Assembly: GCA_951406725.2 (NCBI GenBank)
Contig: OX597818.1
Coordinates: 145,266,001-145,330,000, forward strand
Direction: 5' to 3'
Source of the DNA: Octopus vulgaris
Taxonomy: Eukaryota
Length of the DNA: 64,000 bases
In this document: one piece after another, positions 18,263-32,695 of the stretch
Layout of the letters: each line of letters opens with the position of its first letter
Numbering within the stretch: the first letter of the stretch is position 1
Made by a program: the position numbers and the translations under genes
Notes under the pieces: model-generated
What the model was told of the DNA's origin: nothing
Databases searched by the model: none
What the model saw: the letters and a program-made list of their open reading frames with translations, nothing else

Positions 18263-18547
18263 GGGGGCGCAATGCCCAGCTGTTAGGGCAGCGGACTAGC
18301 GGTTGTAGGATTGCAGTTTCGATTCCCAGACCGGGCGTTGTGAGTGTTTATTGAGCAAAAATATCTAAAACTCCACGAGGCCCCAGCAGGGGGTAGTGGC
18401 GATCCCAGCTGTACTCTTTCGCCACAACTTTCTCTCACTCTTTCTTCTGTTGGCCTGCTCCCTTAGCCATTTGAAGGCTAAAACAATGCGAAGCGCATTG
18501 TGACTAGCAACATCTAATAGCCAGGTCAGTCACGGTGATCACGGTGT
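18263..18547 (+). mobile_element. tRNA-derived SINE, family C
   Basis: GGGGCGCAATG…GTTAGGGCAGCGGACT…GTTTCGATTCCC head; tail ends in TCACGGTG repeats. Confidence 0.85.
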
Positions 18548-18561
18548 TATATATATATAGA

Positions 18562-18959
18562 CTAGCAGTATCTCCCGGCGTTGCTCGGGTTTGTAAGGGA
18601 AATAACTATATAAGTATTTTTAGAGAGTTATAGCCAAAAAATAGCAAAAAAATGCATTAAAAATGGAAAGCAAATGATGGTAAATTTTTTTTAAAATCGT
18701 TGACTCATCATAGACATTTTTAGAGAGTTACTTCCCATATATAATAGCGAAAAAATGCATTAAAATGGAAAAAAATGATTGTAAATTTTTATTTAAATCG
18801 TAGACTCATCGTAGACGCGCGCTAATACCTAGAAGAGCTCGATATGAATCACGACTATAAGATACCCGGTTTTGGTTAAACTGCACCGCAAAATATGGGA
18901 GTAGTTAGGAATCTAAATCGTAGGAGACAGACACACAACCTCTCTTTTATATATAAAGA
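18562..18959 (-). mobile_element. Non-autonomous Helitron
   Basis: Minus strand starts A|TCTTTATATATAAAA and ends CCCGAGCAACGCCGGG-AGATACTG-CTAG|T: 5' TC, 3' hairpin plus CTAG, inserted between A and T. Internal ~100 bp tandem duplication. Confidence 0.85.
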
Positions 18960-18981
18960 TGTGTATAAATATATATGCATA

Positions 18982-19361
18982 TTTTTTTATTTGTTTCAGT
19001 CATTTGACTGCGGCCATGCTGGAGCACCGAATTTAGTCGAGCAAATCAACACCAGGAGTTATTCTTTGTAAGCCTAGTACTTACTCTATCGGTCTCTCTT
19101 GCCAAACCGCTAAGTTACGGGAACGTAAACAGCATCGGTTGTCAAGCGATGTTGGGGGGGACAAACACAGACACACAAACACACACACAACCCCCCCCCC
19201 ACACACACACACTTCTTTCAGTTTCCGTCTACCAAATCCACTTACAAGGCATTGGTCGGTCCGAGGCTATAGTAGAAGACACTTGCCCAAGTGCCACGGT
19301 GTGGGACTGAATCCGGAACCATGTGGTTGGTAAACAAGCTACTTACCACGCAGCCACTCCT
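18982..19361 (-). mobile_element. tRNA-derived SINE, family B (CORE-like segment, internal CA repeat, CR1-like tail)
   Basis: Minus head AGGAGTGGCTGCGTGGTAAG…GGATTCAGTCCC, then CTTGGGCAAGTG, tail GGTGCTCCAGCATGGCCGCAGTCAAATGACTGAAACAAATAAA. Confidence 0.88.
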
Positions 19362-19381
19362 ACATATATATGTGTATATAT

Positions 19382-19491
<110 letters not shown>

Positions 19492-19906
19492 GTATATTAT
19501 ATATATATGTATATACAGATATATACATATATACATTCATATACAGATACATATATCTGTCAATGCATACATATGAATATCTGCATGCATAATGTTTATC
19601 CAGTTACATACCTATCAACCTATATTTCTACGAACCTATCTACCAACCAATCTCACTACCTACCTAATAATCTACCTACTTACCTAAACTACTTGCAGCT
19701 CTTTCTCTCTCCGTGAAAATATCAATACTTTATTGATTGTCCCTCGGTACCTCTAATGCTACATCTGCATATACGTATATACAAGTGTACCAGTGTGTTT
19801 GTGTGTGTGTGTGTGTATGTAATGTATGTTTGTATACATATAAATATTCATATATATATATATATATATGTGTATGTTTAAATATATATATATATATATT
19901 TACACA

Positions 19907-19954
<48 letters not shown>

Positions 19955-20034
19955 CATATATATCCATATGTGTATATGTGTATGCATATATTTATAAACA
20001 CATATATATATACACCTATGTATGTATGTATTTG

Positions 20035-20081
<47 letters not shown>

Positions 20082-20108
20082 TTGTGTGTGAGTATACATA
20101 CTATATAT

Positions 20109-20167
20109 ATGTATGTATGTATGTATGTATGAATGTATGTATGTATGTATGTATGTATGTATGTATG

Positions 20168-20198
<31 letters not shown>

Positions 20199-20325
20199 TG
20201 TATGTATGTATGTATGTATGTGTATGTATGTATGTATGTATGTATGTATGTATGTATGTATGTATGTATGTATGTATGTGTGTATGTATGTATGTATGTA
20301 TGTATGTATGTATGTATGTATGTAT
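20109..20325. repeat. (TATG)n microsatellite
   Basis: Direct reading. Representative of many TA, CA, TATG and TCTA tracts across the window. Confidence 0.95.
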
Positions 20326-20691
20326 GTGTGTGTACATATGCGCGCACACGCACGCATTCACCCCATCAAACACCTTCCTCTAGACGCTACATCGAGGCCG
20401 AAATAAATCAATTGTTCATTAACTTTGAGCCATTGTCACCAGCCATTCGATCGCTCCAGCCAGCAGCCAACGATTAAATATTTAGACCAGCTCTTACGCA
20501 CAAGTGACTATCACCACTCTTCCGTTCCCTTTCACTCTCTCTCTTTCTCTTTCACCTTTCCTTTCTGGTTTTCTCTGTCTGCTCTCGTCTGCTTTCTTGC
20601 CTGTCTTTCATTTTATCATCCTCTCTTGCTCTGATTAAGTATATAAGTATGCTTGCATACGATTATATATGTACACACACATACACACACA

Positions 20692-20766
<75 letters not shown>

Positions 20767-21261
20767 ACGTGTGTTTGTCTGTGTATATATATATATATAA
20801 ATAAATACATAAATATATTCTCACGCATACACATACACACGTGCATATACTGATATACATGAGGATGTATAGATGCGTTTTTAACTGTATATTTTTATGT
20901 TTGCGCGTGTGTGTGTGTGTACGTGTGTATGCATGTGTGTGTTTTTATATATATCATTGTTGCTTCCACCTGTTAACTTTTAAAACAAAATCCACACCTA
21001 TTATTCATCATTATTCTTCAAGAGTTTCAATTAGTTGATCCTATTGCAGTTGTCTCCCTTACTTGTTTTTGTCTATTAAGCTCGTAAATAATTGCAGTCA
21101 GTCGATGTTTCCTTAGCTAATTGCATTGCAAATCCAATCCCCTACCCTAAAGTATTTGATATACAGTAAGCTCCCCTGAGGAATTTTCTGTCGGCCATAT
21201 TTGAGATATTCATAATCAGCGTTCCCCACGTTGCCTCTGTTTCTATCTATTCCTTCTACAA

Positions 21262-21463
21262 TAAGAACAAGGCCTGACATGTTTGGAGCGCGGGAAGGAC
21301 TTTGTATACTGACTCCAGTGCTCAACTGGTACTTATTTTATCGACCCCGAAAGGGTAAAAGGCAAAGTCGACTAGGCGGAATCTGAACTCAGAGCCTAAA
21401 GCCAGAAGAAATGCCGCTATGCAGTTTGTTCGGCATGCTAACGATTCTGCTAGCTCACCGCCC
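21262..21463 (-). mobile_element. SINE family A
   Basis: Reverse complement of the family A body (CTGGTACTTATTTTATCGACCCCGAAAGG…AAAGGCAAAGTCGAC…GAACTCAGA). Confidence 0.8.
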
Positions 21464-23872
21464 CCTATTTTACTTTCTCTCTTCTATATACATGTAATGA
21501 TCACTGCCAAGTCTTTCCAACTGGGTAGAATAAGCTTAGCTGACGAAGCTTAACGAGAACGAAATACGTTTGTTGCCTTTAAAGACAAGAACTACGCCTG
21601 TCTTCATCGGGTTTTATTTTCGTTTGTTGTTTTTAGATTTTTCAACACATTTAGGGTTTTTGTTTACTAACTGCATGGATAATCTCAGTCATGTTCTCAA
21701 ACTCACAATATATTACGTAAGCGAGGCTTAATCTTATGCATACTTAATGGGAGACTGATTCTTTGAAATACTTTCGGTCACTCATATTGCTAGCTTGTAT
21801 ATTATTTTGGGCCGGTATCTGTTCCCAACAGTTAAACGCATAGAATTGGGAGGGATCTGCTGAAACATGTAACCAACAGCTCGTATAGATATGGCTTCCG
21901 TTCTCGATAGTTAAGTAAGTCAAGCCTTGATTGAACAAGACAATTAAGGGAATTGTTTTCCAGTATCTATTCCTGATCGCTATTTGAACGAAGCTCAGAT
22001 TCGCGACAGTTGAACTGATTTCACTTTCATATGGTGATCAATGACAGTCGGCCAGTTTAACTGAATCCATATCGATCTGTGTATATTCCTAACAGTTAAG
22101 TGAAGTGAGGCCTATATGGCGCAGAATGTTCTTCCTGGAAGTATAAGGAGACACCTGCAGTAAATTTGAATTAGTGACCCATGAGCTTATAGCTTAATAC
22201 CTAACTCCCCCGAGTTAACTTTGTGGGACTAAACTAACTGTATCAACATTCCCCTACTCCACGACTACCCTTTTCTCCTCATAAATAATTTGATGATTCT
22301 TTTTTTTGTCACAAATCATTCAACGCACAGTCAATAGGAAATGATATAACCATATTTTATTATTAGTTTTCTCATTGTTCATATCTTCTGCCGTCCTTTT
22401 ACCGTCTTCTGATGTCTTTCAACTAGATACAAACCAATGACCGTTACAGAAATGTATAGTAGCAAGGGTTAATTGTTTCCAGTGGTAAAAGCTAGCCGAA
22501 TCGATGCATTGCATAGAATTAGAGCTTGTATCTAGTTTTGGTCCTGTTTGGCCGATAAAAGATAACTCTTCTGAAGGCTATGAGTTATCTTTTGTGGATA
22601 TTTATCCTTAGGAAGGGGAATAAACTATGTTCAGTAAGTCAACAGGACGCTTGTCTTCCCGCTAATGCCGCCATTTCTTGCTGCAGTAAATTACATCGTT
22701 CTGCAATTCATATCAAAAATACGAGCTGGACTCAGATGTGGAGAGTCAAGAGCCTTTCTTACGGGCAACACAGGAAAGAACTGATGTTCAGTTTTGCCAA
22801 CGACCCAATGTATTTCTGGTATGTATTTTATTGAAACGGAAGTGTGAAATCCGAAATTGACACATTCTACTCACATCTTCCTCATGTTGCAATTTCAACT
22901 CAAATTGTAGAATGTATATATAAAAAGAGACGGTAGCAGAACAAGCGTTCTGTAGTCACTATGATCAAAAGCCATTTTCAACAGAAATAAGCAAACGTGA
23001 CTGAGCTTTCAGTTACAGAAGACAAGTCGTTTGGTGTTTAAACAAAAAATACATATATTAAATAAGAATTAAATATCTTGAAAGTAATGCAAGCGATTAC
23101 TCATTAAAAATATTTTCAAACAGGAAAAATCGATTACAGATGCACTTGAATCAACATTTCTGATCGCCATAAAATCCAGAGTTAACGTTTTTTCTTTTGT
23201 TTTTTGTTTTTTAGTGTCTAGAATTCAAATCTTTGAAATGAAAGTAAACTATAGATCAAAGAAAATATGTGAACAGATATGTTTTGAGTGCGCGAAAGTT
23301 TACTGGGTACATTGTATAAAATAGGTTTATTTCAGTGAAATCTGTGTTGAATACTTCTTAATGTAGCTAGTTTCAGAATGTTTATTTTCACTGATGTATA
23401 TCTAATTTTAAACTAATCGCACAATACAACTTTTATTCTGTGACCGCAATCACAAGCGTAGATCTTTATTGAATGTTGTTCTTCAAAATTATATTCTATT
23501 TCAGCTTATTCATTTAGAACTCTTTTGAAGCCGATCAAATATTTGCCGTTCTAACACTAACTCTGTTAGCAGTTATCTATGTGACATCATTTTTTGCTGA
23601 TGTTCTAGAGAACGAAGCTTATACGTACATTATTCTGCATAGATTTAACTTTTGTGTTTCATGACTGAGTATAACTCACGCCATCGTCAACAGAAAAGCT
23701 ACACAGTTTCCGGACGTGCGAAGCAACATCGTCTACCTCTCTCCATACTTTCGAACATAAACCACTACTATCTCTTTGTCTCGCACAAAGCAAAATGTTG
23801 ACAGTAGGGGCATATGTGCATTTGGGAGTGGAGATAAGGCAGATAGGGTGTGTCCGTACTTTGGTGTATATA

Positions 23873-23966
<94 letters not shown>

Positions 23967-24127
23967 TGTATGTATGTATGTATGTATGTATGTATGTATG
24001 TATGCATGCATGCATGCATGTATGTGTCTGCCTATGTCTGTATCTCTCTGTCTGAGTGTGTGTATGTGTGTGTGTGCGCGCGTATACGTGAGCGTGCATA
24101 ATATAAACCATTTATAAGTATAGCTTA

Positions 24128-24176
24128 AGAATGAAGAAATGTACGGAACCCTTTTCCGTGCTCGAAACCCGTATCT
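24128..24176 (+). ncRNA. Degenerate hammerhead-like motif
   Basis: AGA-(A)TGAAGA-aat-GTACGGAA-ccctt-TTCCGTGC-tc-GAAA-CCCG-TA-TCT. Core C3 is mutated. Confidence 0.4.
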
Positions 24177-24730
24177 GTTGTTTACTGGACAGCTGTGCTA
24201 CCGATTATACCACAGCTTCTCTAAACGTCCAGAACCAACAAAATATCAATTATAAACGCTTTACTGGATAATCTAACATTATTTACCTTCCTTCATAGAC
24301 ATGAGAATCGTAAGTATTTCGATCCCACTGGACCAGCAGCAGTCAGACCGATTCAACTACAGACCAGTTTTTTCACCGAAATTCTATGTTCAAAATTCAA
24401 TGAAGCAACAGGATATGAATTATAATTACCCGTGTATCTGTGTATAAATCAGATATTTGACATAGATATCGGGCGAGAGCAGCCGTTAACGAGCTTGTAG
24501 AATTTACAAAGGAAACAATCAACTTATACAACATAAACAGCTACAGTTATTTTTATACGGTTATGCAACATTCAGAACACTCAGCGAGCGTACGAACATT
24601 CCGTTATGGAGGGAAAGTAAAGCTGGTAGATATGATGTAAGCGTGCAAAATTCGAAGTCCTTTAAAACGCTTGCACACACGCACAAAGGTGTGGTGTGGT
24701 GTGGTGTGGTGTGTGTGTGGTGTGCGGTGC

Positions 24731-24818
<88 letters not shown>

Positions 24819-24850
24819 GTCTGTCTGTCTGTCAGTCTGTCTGTCTGTCA

Positions 24851-24885
<35 letters not shown>

Positions 24886-24889
<4 letters not shown>

Positions 24890-25400
24890 GTTTCATCACT
24901 TCACTACTTGAAAAACCTGCCCTTGATGCTGCTGCCCTTATCTGTGTTTCCTGCTGCGAGGAAGGATCCTCCGGAACTCTTGACAGGAAGATACCCAGTT
25001 TTTATTTGAAAACACCTACATCCACCCCATGCAGGTCTCTTAGGCTTTTATGGTGGATGTTTAAGATGTTTAAGCCTTTGAAATCCAAGCTGTTGCAATA
25101 TCTAGTCCTGTATCTTAATGAAGATGTTGGGATCTTTGGCACTATGCAGTGGCGCCCCGTTCTGCTGTATGTATATCTTTCAATGCCAGAGTTTTGCACA
25201 AATCATTCTAAGATTTTTCAGATTTATATCACTATAAATCTTACCCGACTTCGTTCTTGGGAATACATTGTTAACCTTTTCAGCTTTATCCAGGAGCTGA
25301 TACGTCGCAGTGATACGATTTTCGAACCGTGGGGAGAGACTGCAGTTTTTCCAGGTCGTTCATACAACCCTGAGGCCAGATAAATAGTAAGAAAAGTAAA
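24886..25400 (-). mobile_element. CR1-clade LINE 3' fragment (second family)
   Basis: Minus strand: RTGRHCIVPKIP…RYRTRYCNSLDFKG…KSLRDLHGVDVGVFK…FLSRVPEDP…IRAAAS, homologous to the ORF2 C-terminus at 17.7-18.0 kb. Confidence 0.75.
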
Positions 25401-26046
25401 CTTGATTGGGCTTTAAAGTTCCATGGGAAGAAGTGTGGGATCAGGACTACGAATGGAAGGGCGATAAGTACAGGCACCTTATGCAGGGTTGTAGATAGAA
25501 GGGATGTAAGTCTTGGCTTTTGCCATTAGAGGTTGGCTTTAGGGGATTCCCTGTCCAGTCAGTATAGAAGATGTTTACAGCCATTGCAATGAAAGGAAAG
25601 AGTGAAGGGTGGCAGTGCGCAGGGTATGAGAGCAGCAGAAAGAGCGTCTTGCTCGTTATGGAACAAAATAGAGGAGTTAAGGTGGAGGCCGGGAGGAGAT
25701 GATAAGCAGAAAGTTGGTTACATCAGCTGACACAAAAAAGGGAGGATGTTACGATTCAAGGCAGAAATACTCGAGTAGCATCGAATGCAGCCAAATGTCA
25801 TCAGTTCCTCCGGGCCAAAGCTCCATTAATTTTGGCGGGTTGAAAAGTACCTTCTTCTAAGAGTGTTATTAATAACATATATACATATGTGTATATATAT
25901 GTATACATATATTTATAATTATACTATATATCATGTATGCATACACACTTAGACACACACACAGATGCATAAGCTGAGAGAGTGCTCCAGCATCGCCGCA
26001 GACTAAAGGCTACATCAAATAAAGTGTGTTTCTGCTCTTTCTCCAT

Positions 26047-26106
<60 letters not shown>

Positions 26107-27048
26107 CCATATAAAGATATACATATATGTATATATATATGTATGAATATATATATATATATGTATGTATATATACACATGTATATATATATGTATATAT
26201 TTGTTTTCACATATATATATATGTGTGTGTGTGTATACATATGTGTATATTTATAAATATGTACATACATACGTGCGTGCGTACATACATATATACGTAC
26301 ATACATACATACATACATATGCGGTGTATAGACACTTCAAAGATCGACTTTTCTATATAACAAAGTTTAGTTCTTGTTGTTAGTGTGGTATTGTTATGTG
26401 TTTTAAATTATATCATATCAGATTATTACATTTATGCTTACGATACTCACACATATGCATACACGCATACACAAAGACACACAAATACATACATACACAA
26501 ATATTGACTGAGTCATATGGGAATTATGTTTTTACTTTGCTTTGTGCAAACCAGCAGAAGTGGTTTTTTGTGATACCGCCATTAGTAATACGCAATAACT
26601 ATTTAGATATTGTTTGTTAGTAGTTTTTCATTATTTTTTCCTCTGTTTTGCTTTATTTTCTTTAATGCAGTAAATTAAGTGAGAGCTCCGAGAGAAAAGT
26701 ATATGGAAACTTGGAAAGTATGATTGGCTAAAGTCTAGAGGTGAGAAAATATAAAAGGTGGGTTGGTCGTGGATATAAAGGTGGTGTCAGGATGACAAGT
26801 TAAAAGGTGTTGAATCCATCCGCGCAGCTTGCCATTATTGTTTCACTGTTGTGATATTCGATTATACTCCGCCATATTTTCATTCAGTTTTCACGACGAT
26901 GGCATAAATACATATACTTAGATACATATTAAAATACATATTCACACGCATACAACGATATATACACCGATACATCGATACATACACAAACATTACACAC
27001 ATACATGCATAACACCAGTCCGGATACTTATTGCTCAGACCACGTATG

Positions 27049-27091
<43 letters not shown>

Positions 27092-27645
27092 AGCGTGTGT
27101 GTGTATGTGTGTGTATGTCTGTATGCATATGTAATACTCCCTTACTGTCACTCCATCATATAATTATAAGCACCCACTTTAGCGTCAGATGAAATGCTTT
27201 GCACTATTCTGGCCCTGTGCTATCTGAGTTCAATTCCCTCTGGTTTCAGATTTGTCTTACATTCTTTTATGGTTGTTAATTTAAGTAGAAGTTCAGAGAG
27301 GTAGACTGTTAGAATTGGCTGAATCGATAGAAAATGTCTGTTGATATATCTTGCGGTATCCATTTCTTCTTTTTTGCGTTCTGAGTTCAAATTTCGTCTC
27401 ACCGATAAGTGGGTCATCACTCTTCACACACGGAAAAAGCTTGAAGACAAGTCACAATAAACCGAGGTACCTGCATCTCTCTGCACTCCGACAGACCTAC
27501 CGCTATCTCAACACAGTTGCAGTATGGATAAAAGAAACTTAATGACTAATCACTGTGGGGTTCTGAATCGTGACTTATTACATTAAACAAACTCAACAAC
27601 GAATGGCTTCAGGATTTCAGACATCTTTGGAAGTGCCCTTGTCAT

Positions 27646-27752
<107 letters not shown>

Positions 27753-28289
27753 TACATTGTGATTGCCACTTAGTTCTTTGCCGATGAAGGCTCTCTTTCT
27801 AATTAGTAAATGCCGTCATGATTTATCATGTGATTTGCAAGTCCGACTTTAGACAAACGAACCCTAGTGCCGATGTTAGAAACATCTTCAGCTAGAAAAG
27901 TGCCTAAGATTGAAGTTCTAAGTTGTCTTTACGAAGTCCCCGTTTGAAGATGGAGCGGTAGATTATCTGTGTTTCCAATACTTTACAACCGTCGTTGATC
28001 ACTTAAAACAACAGATCGCAGTCAAGATGACAGAAGTAAACTCTGCATTTAGCCGACGGAGAAGAGTAGATAGAGAAGACAATATTAATTACATCCACAA
28101 AATGTAGTTGCCAAGTGATCAGGTGTCTTCTTAGAATTAATTACAGGTTCTGTTACCTAAGTGACGTAATCAGCAATAGAAGCATGTATTCTGAAAGCTC
28201 AGTAACCAGAATAAGAATAGGTGGCGGGGGCGACAAAAGGAAATCTTACATCCGCTGATAAGAAGGGGATTCTTTTTTCCCACTGAATA

Positions 28290-28680
28290 AGATTGCATGA
28301 TGCTTGTATACAAATCAACATTTTAGATAGTAGGGAAACATGAGCACTGAATGCGGAAGAAATGCAAAGGCTGTAAAGAAATGATTCCAACTGGAGATGC
28401 ATTGTTAGTGCGCTCGAAAGACGGAAAATGCTCGTTAAGTTACATACCCAATGAACCGGGGGCAAAAACTGAATCGGTTGTAGGGTGCAGGAGCGAAGAC
28501 TGGATGGGATACGTATGAATGATGACAGCTATGTTAAAGAAGTGCCAAGGACCCAAGTGGAAGGAATAGCGGAAGAGGAAGCTATAGAAAGAAGGGTGAT
28601 GGCACATTGAAGCACTGCCAATTGCTACCAAAAGGCTGACCATGAGACGGGACTGCAACAAGTGGCAAGATGCTGGGAAA
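28290..28680 (+). mobile_element. Degenerate RTE-clade LINE 3' remnant
   Basis: Fragmentary translations SRET(W)ALNAEEMQRL.RND, VQERRL, RMNDDSYVKKCQGPKVEG…GRG resemble RTE ORF C-termini. Confidence 0.55.
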
Positions 28681-29534
28681 GAGAGGGATAGAAAGAGAGA
28701 GGGAGAGAGGGGAGAGAAAGAGAGAAAGAGAGGAAAGACTTGTTCCACCAATACAGGTATGGAAAAACTGATATGAAATTCTGCTGCTGGTAATGATGAT
28801 GGCAAATACAGTCACTGAGATTCTAGAAGTGATAATACAGATATACAGATGGATCTATACATACGTTCACACGCGGATATGTACACATATACACACATAT
28901 GTATATAAATGCATACACACGAACGCCTCTGCTGTTATTTTTTTCTTTCAACCTAGGTCAATACTGATAGCGCAGATGAACAAAAAGTTCTCCAGAAATA
29001 CTCTAAGATTTCATATCTAAATTTTAAACTGGTACTATACAAATGAATAAAACTTTAGCTATTATGTCTAACAACTCATAACAACCCCCTTGTTTGCTCA
29101 CCAATGTGTAGATGTATCCGGTCGATGTCTTAAAATGTTTTAGCCATTTCATATCTATAAACAATCAATGTCTGCATATTGTCAATTTGTATTAACATTT
29201 CTATAATCTAACTTTGCAATACATTATTTTTATAAATTATCCAACTGTGTTTCCTTGTATCCATTTTTTGATTACAAAGTTTGTAACTTATCTTCAATCT
29301 ATAGCACATGTGGAGCTGTAAGTTACATTATAAATCATGTTTTTACTGGAAGAAAATAATCAGTATATTGAATTAACAACACGTTACGTCAACTATTTCA
29401 GACACACAAATAAACTTACAAACGCACCCACATTTTCATACATACATACATACATACATACATACATACATACATACATACATACATACATACATACATA
29501 CATACATACATACGTACATACATGCATATACACA

Positions 29535-29695
29535 TTTTTTTCTCTCCTTGTTTTTTTTTTCTGTGTCCCTTTCTGTAGAAGGGCGTAGGCTCGAAACGTA
29601 AAAGACTTTTTCAATTCCTGAGCGTTATATTTATACATCTGTTTGTTTTCTACACCACCTGTCTTCGTCTTTTGCTTTTTTCGTGAACTCTCCCT
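29535..29695 (+). mobile_element. Penelope-like pLTR fragment with variant hammerhead motif (29569-29604)
   Basis: CTTT-CTGTAGA-A-GGGC-gtag-GCTC-GAAA-CG-TA-AAAG (core A6 changed to T). The 3' end CACCTGTCTTCGTC…GTGAACTCTCCC matches the insert at 37485. Confidence 0.65.
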
Positions 29696-30938
29696 ATACA
29701 CACACACACACGTATGTATATATGTATGCATGTATGTATGAATATTCACACATACAAGAAAATTATAAATGTGGGTAACGATGTGTCTGACTAAACTATA
29801 CACGTGTTAATTTTCGTGTATGTCTCTGGATGAGTTCATAGGTCAGTGTGCTTGTAGAAGTATATTTCTGTACGTGTGTGTGTAAAAATGAAATATTCTT
29901 GGTGAAGCAACATAAATATTGAATCGCGAAAATTAAATATGGTGGAAACGTAGAAATTGTACTCAAAATTACGGCTAATTCTAAATTTTTTGTTGCTGCT
30001 GATGAAAATGATGATGGTATTTGTGACTAAGTTTTATCATTCCATATAATATGATTTCATTTTGAGCAGCTACTAGAGAGAAGTGATGATGATGATGATT
30101 ATGACGACGATGATGGAGATGACGACCACGACTCGGACGATAATGATGATGATGATGAAGTTGATAGTGACGGTGATAGTTAGATTAAGATAGCGTTATT
30201 GATGATGAGGTTGCCACTGCTAACGACGATGATAACGACTGTTTCGATGAGGGTTGTCAAGATGACAAGGAAACGTAAGGACATTGATAAGGATGGTGCT
30301 GCTGCTGCTGATTGTTGTTGTTGTTGTTAAGCAACAAGACGGGTAAGGGTGATTAGGTGATGGCCTAGGGCTTAGGGGAGGGAGACCCCAGACCTTAGGA
30401 CAAAAAAAAACTTTGGTGGTCTTGTTGTAGTCGAGAGCTCTTTGTCGACGCCCGACACCACTGGGAGGTGGCTCTCGAAGTCGCTGGAAATGGTGATCTC
30501 CAAGTCCAAGTTCTTGGACGGCTGCTGCTGATGATGATAATGAGGATGAAGAGCGGAAGGGAGAAGAAGAGATGTGATGATTACGATGGTAATGATGATG
30601 CCAATGATGACACAGAAGTCGGTGCTGTCATCAACTAGAATACTAATGGCCACTTTGACGATAACGATGACAGTGGCGATGATTCAAGAAACAATTTTTC
30701 TTTTAATTTCTAAATGGGATTATTATGATTAATGCAAAAATTAACTTTTTTCCCCTTGATTCTACTTCCCATTACTTATGGTTTTCAAATCTTAAAATAC
30801 TGTTATTTATGGAGTTTTTTGCAACGGCAGGAAAGAAAGATCCTTTGAATAATGGAATATGACTAAGTAGCCATAGTTAAGGCTATATAGTCTATTTATC
30901 TGTTTATTTATTTATAAATATATTCATTTCGAACTTCG

Positions 30939-30988
<50 letters not shown>

Positions 30989-31282
30989 GCACATACACAG
31001 ACATATGAATATATATAATATAAGATATATATATACTATATATATATATTGATATATATTGATATATATATATATATATATATATACGGTGATTGTGTAC
31101 ACGAGCTTCTGTAATCATATTTGTAGTTAAGTTTGAGTTTCAGACGCGTATCCAAAGAATACATAATATTCTTTTATTCGGTTGTTTTAGCATCATTTTC
31201 CATGTAAATGTTGATAAATATTCCTCTAGGGAAACGAAAACGTCAATAAGCATGATGTAATCAAGGCCCCCACCACTACCCT

Positions 31283-31379
<97 letters not shown>

Positions 31380-31639
31380 ACTACTACTACTACTGGTGTC
31401 TGATTTAGTCGATGGTATTTCAAGTTTAATGTAAAAAGCCGGAACAAATACTGCTCTAACGATTTTGCCAGCTCTCTACTCTATATCATCATCATCTTCA
31501 TCATCATCAGCAGCAGTAGCAACAGCAGTAACAGCAGCAGTAGCAGCAAAAACAACAACTGCAACAATTCTTTCTTCTATAGAAAAACATACCTGAAAAT
31601 TTTGGGATGGTACTAGAATGCTTTCTTATTTAAGCACAA

Positions 31640-31812
31640 ATGTAGTAGTTGGAGGGTTTGAGGGTAGTCGATACCATCAACCCTGGTATTTAACCGGTAC
31701 ATTATTTTATGGAACCCGAATGGCAGACTTGATCGGTGGGATGTGAACTCAGAATATTAAAAGTCGGGACAAATACTGTAAGGCATTTTGTTCCACGCTC
31801 CAAGGATTCTAA
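31640..31812 (-). mobile_element. SINE family A (diverged)
   Basis: GGTAC..ATTTTAT…CCCGAA…GAACTCAGAA motifs. Confidence 0.6.
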
Positions 31813-31962
31813 CCTATAACATCAAGAAAAACGAAAACAATAATAACACTGGTTTCAGATTTTGGCACAAGGCCAGGAATTTCAGTGGGAGAAAATTAGT
31901 CGGTTACCTCGATCCCAGTACTGTGAGGTTTCATATAATAATAAATGATGATGATGATGATG

Positions 31963-32021
<59 letters not shown>

Positions 32022-32465
32022 CATGTACATTGTTTTGTCTTGGTATAAAAGATGGGCTACAGCAAATATTCTGCTCAATACCACAGATTTGCTTGTCAGT
32101 TGTTTGACCTTAACCAGTTGAGCATGTCCCTTAGTGGCTGACGATATGTGCATCTCTGATCACGAGCAGAAGTAGTGGGGGAGCATCATGGCCATGTGTT
32201 GAGAGGGATTCTTTGGAGTTTGAATGGTTCACCTCTGGAAACATAGGTGTTTCGTTCAACATCCTAAAGCAACCCTTATTCAGGGACCGTTAGAGCAGGA
32301 TGGGCTACTCAACCTGAAGAAAATTCTAACTGGGCCCCACCTGCAAGGTCATGTGCTGTTTATCTTGATATGAGATCACCATGTCGCGCACATATGGTTG
32401 TGATGCATGTGCCTGGTGTACCTTTATCAGACGGGTAGTCATGATATATTGGGCTTCGTAATTTT
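32022..32465. mobile_element. Non-coding interspersed element inserted in (TAA)n
   Basis: About 440 bp of complex sequence bracketed by (AAT)n on both sides, with no ORF. Confidence 0.45.
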
Positions 32466-32530
32466 AATAATAATAACTGCTCTCTAATAATAATAATAAT
32501 AATAATGATAATAATTCTTTCTACGATATG

Positions 32531-32695
32531 CACAAGGCCTGAAACTTTGGAAAGTCGATTACGTCGACCCCAGTGCTCAACTGGTGCTTATTATGTTCGA
32601 CCCCGAAAGGATGAACGGCAAAGTCGGCCTTGGAGAATTTGAACTCAGATCCTAAAGGCGGAAGAATTGCCGCGAATCATTTTGTTCGGTATGCT
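32531..32695 (-). mobile_element. SINE family A
   Basis: CACAAGGCCTGAAA…GTCGATTACGTCGACCCCAGTG…CCCCGAAAGGATGAA…GAACTCAGA. Confidence 0.75.

Noticed and set aside
18263-18340. tRNA gene-like sequence (also at the heads of other SINEs)
   Set aside because: Continues into a SINE body and tail and occurs as diverged copies, so it is a SINE head rather than a tRNA gene.
21540-21575. CTGACGA…GAAA hammerhead-like spacing
   Set aside because: No convincing stem I or stem II pairing.
25400-25860. Possible additional decayed LINE fragment on the minus strand
   Set aside because: Too degenerate to recover diagnostic motifs by eye.
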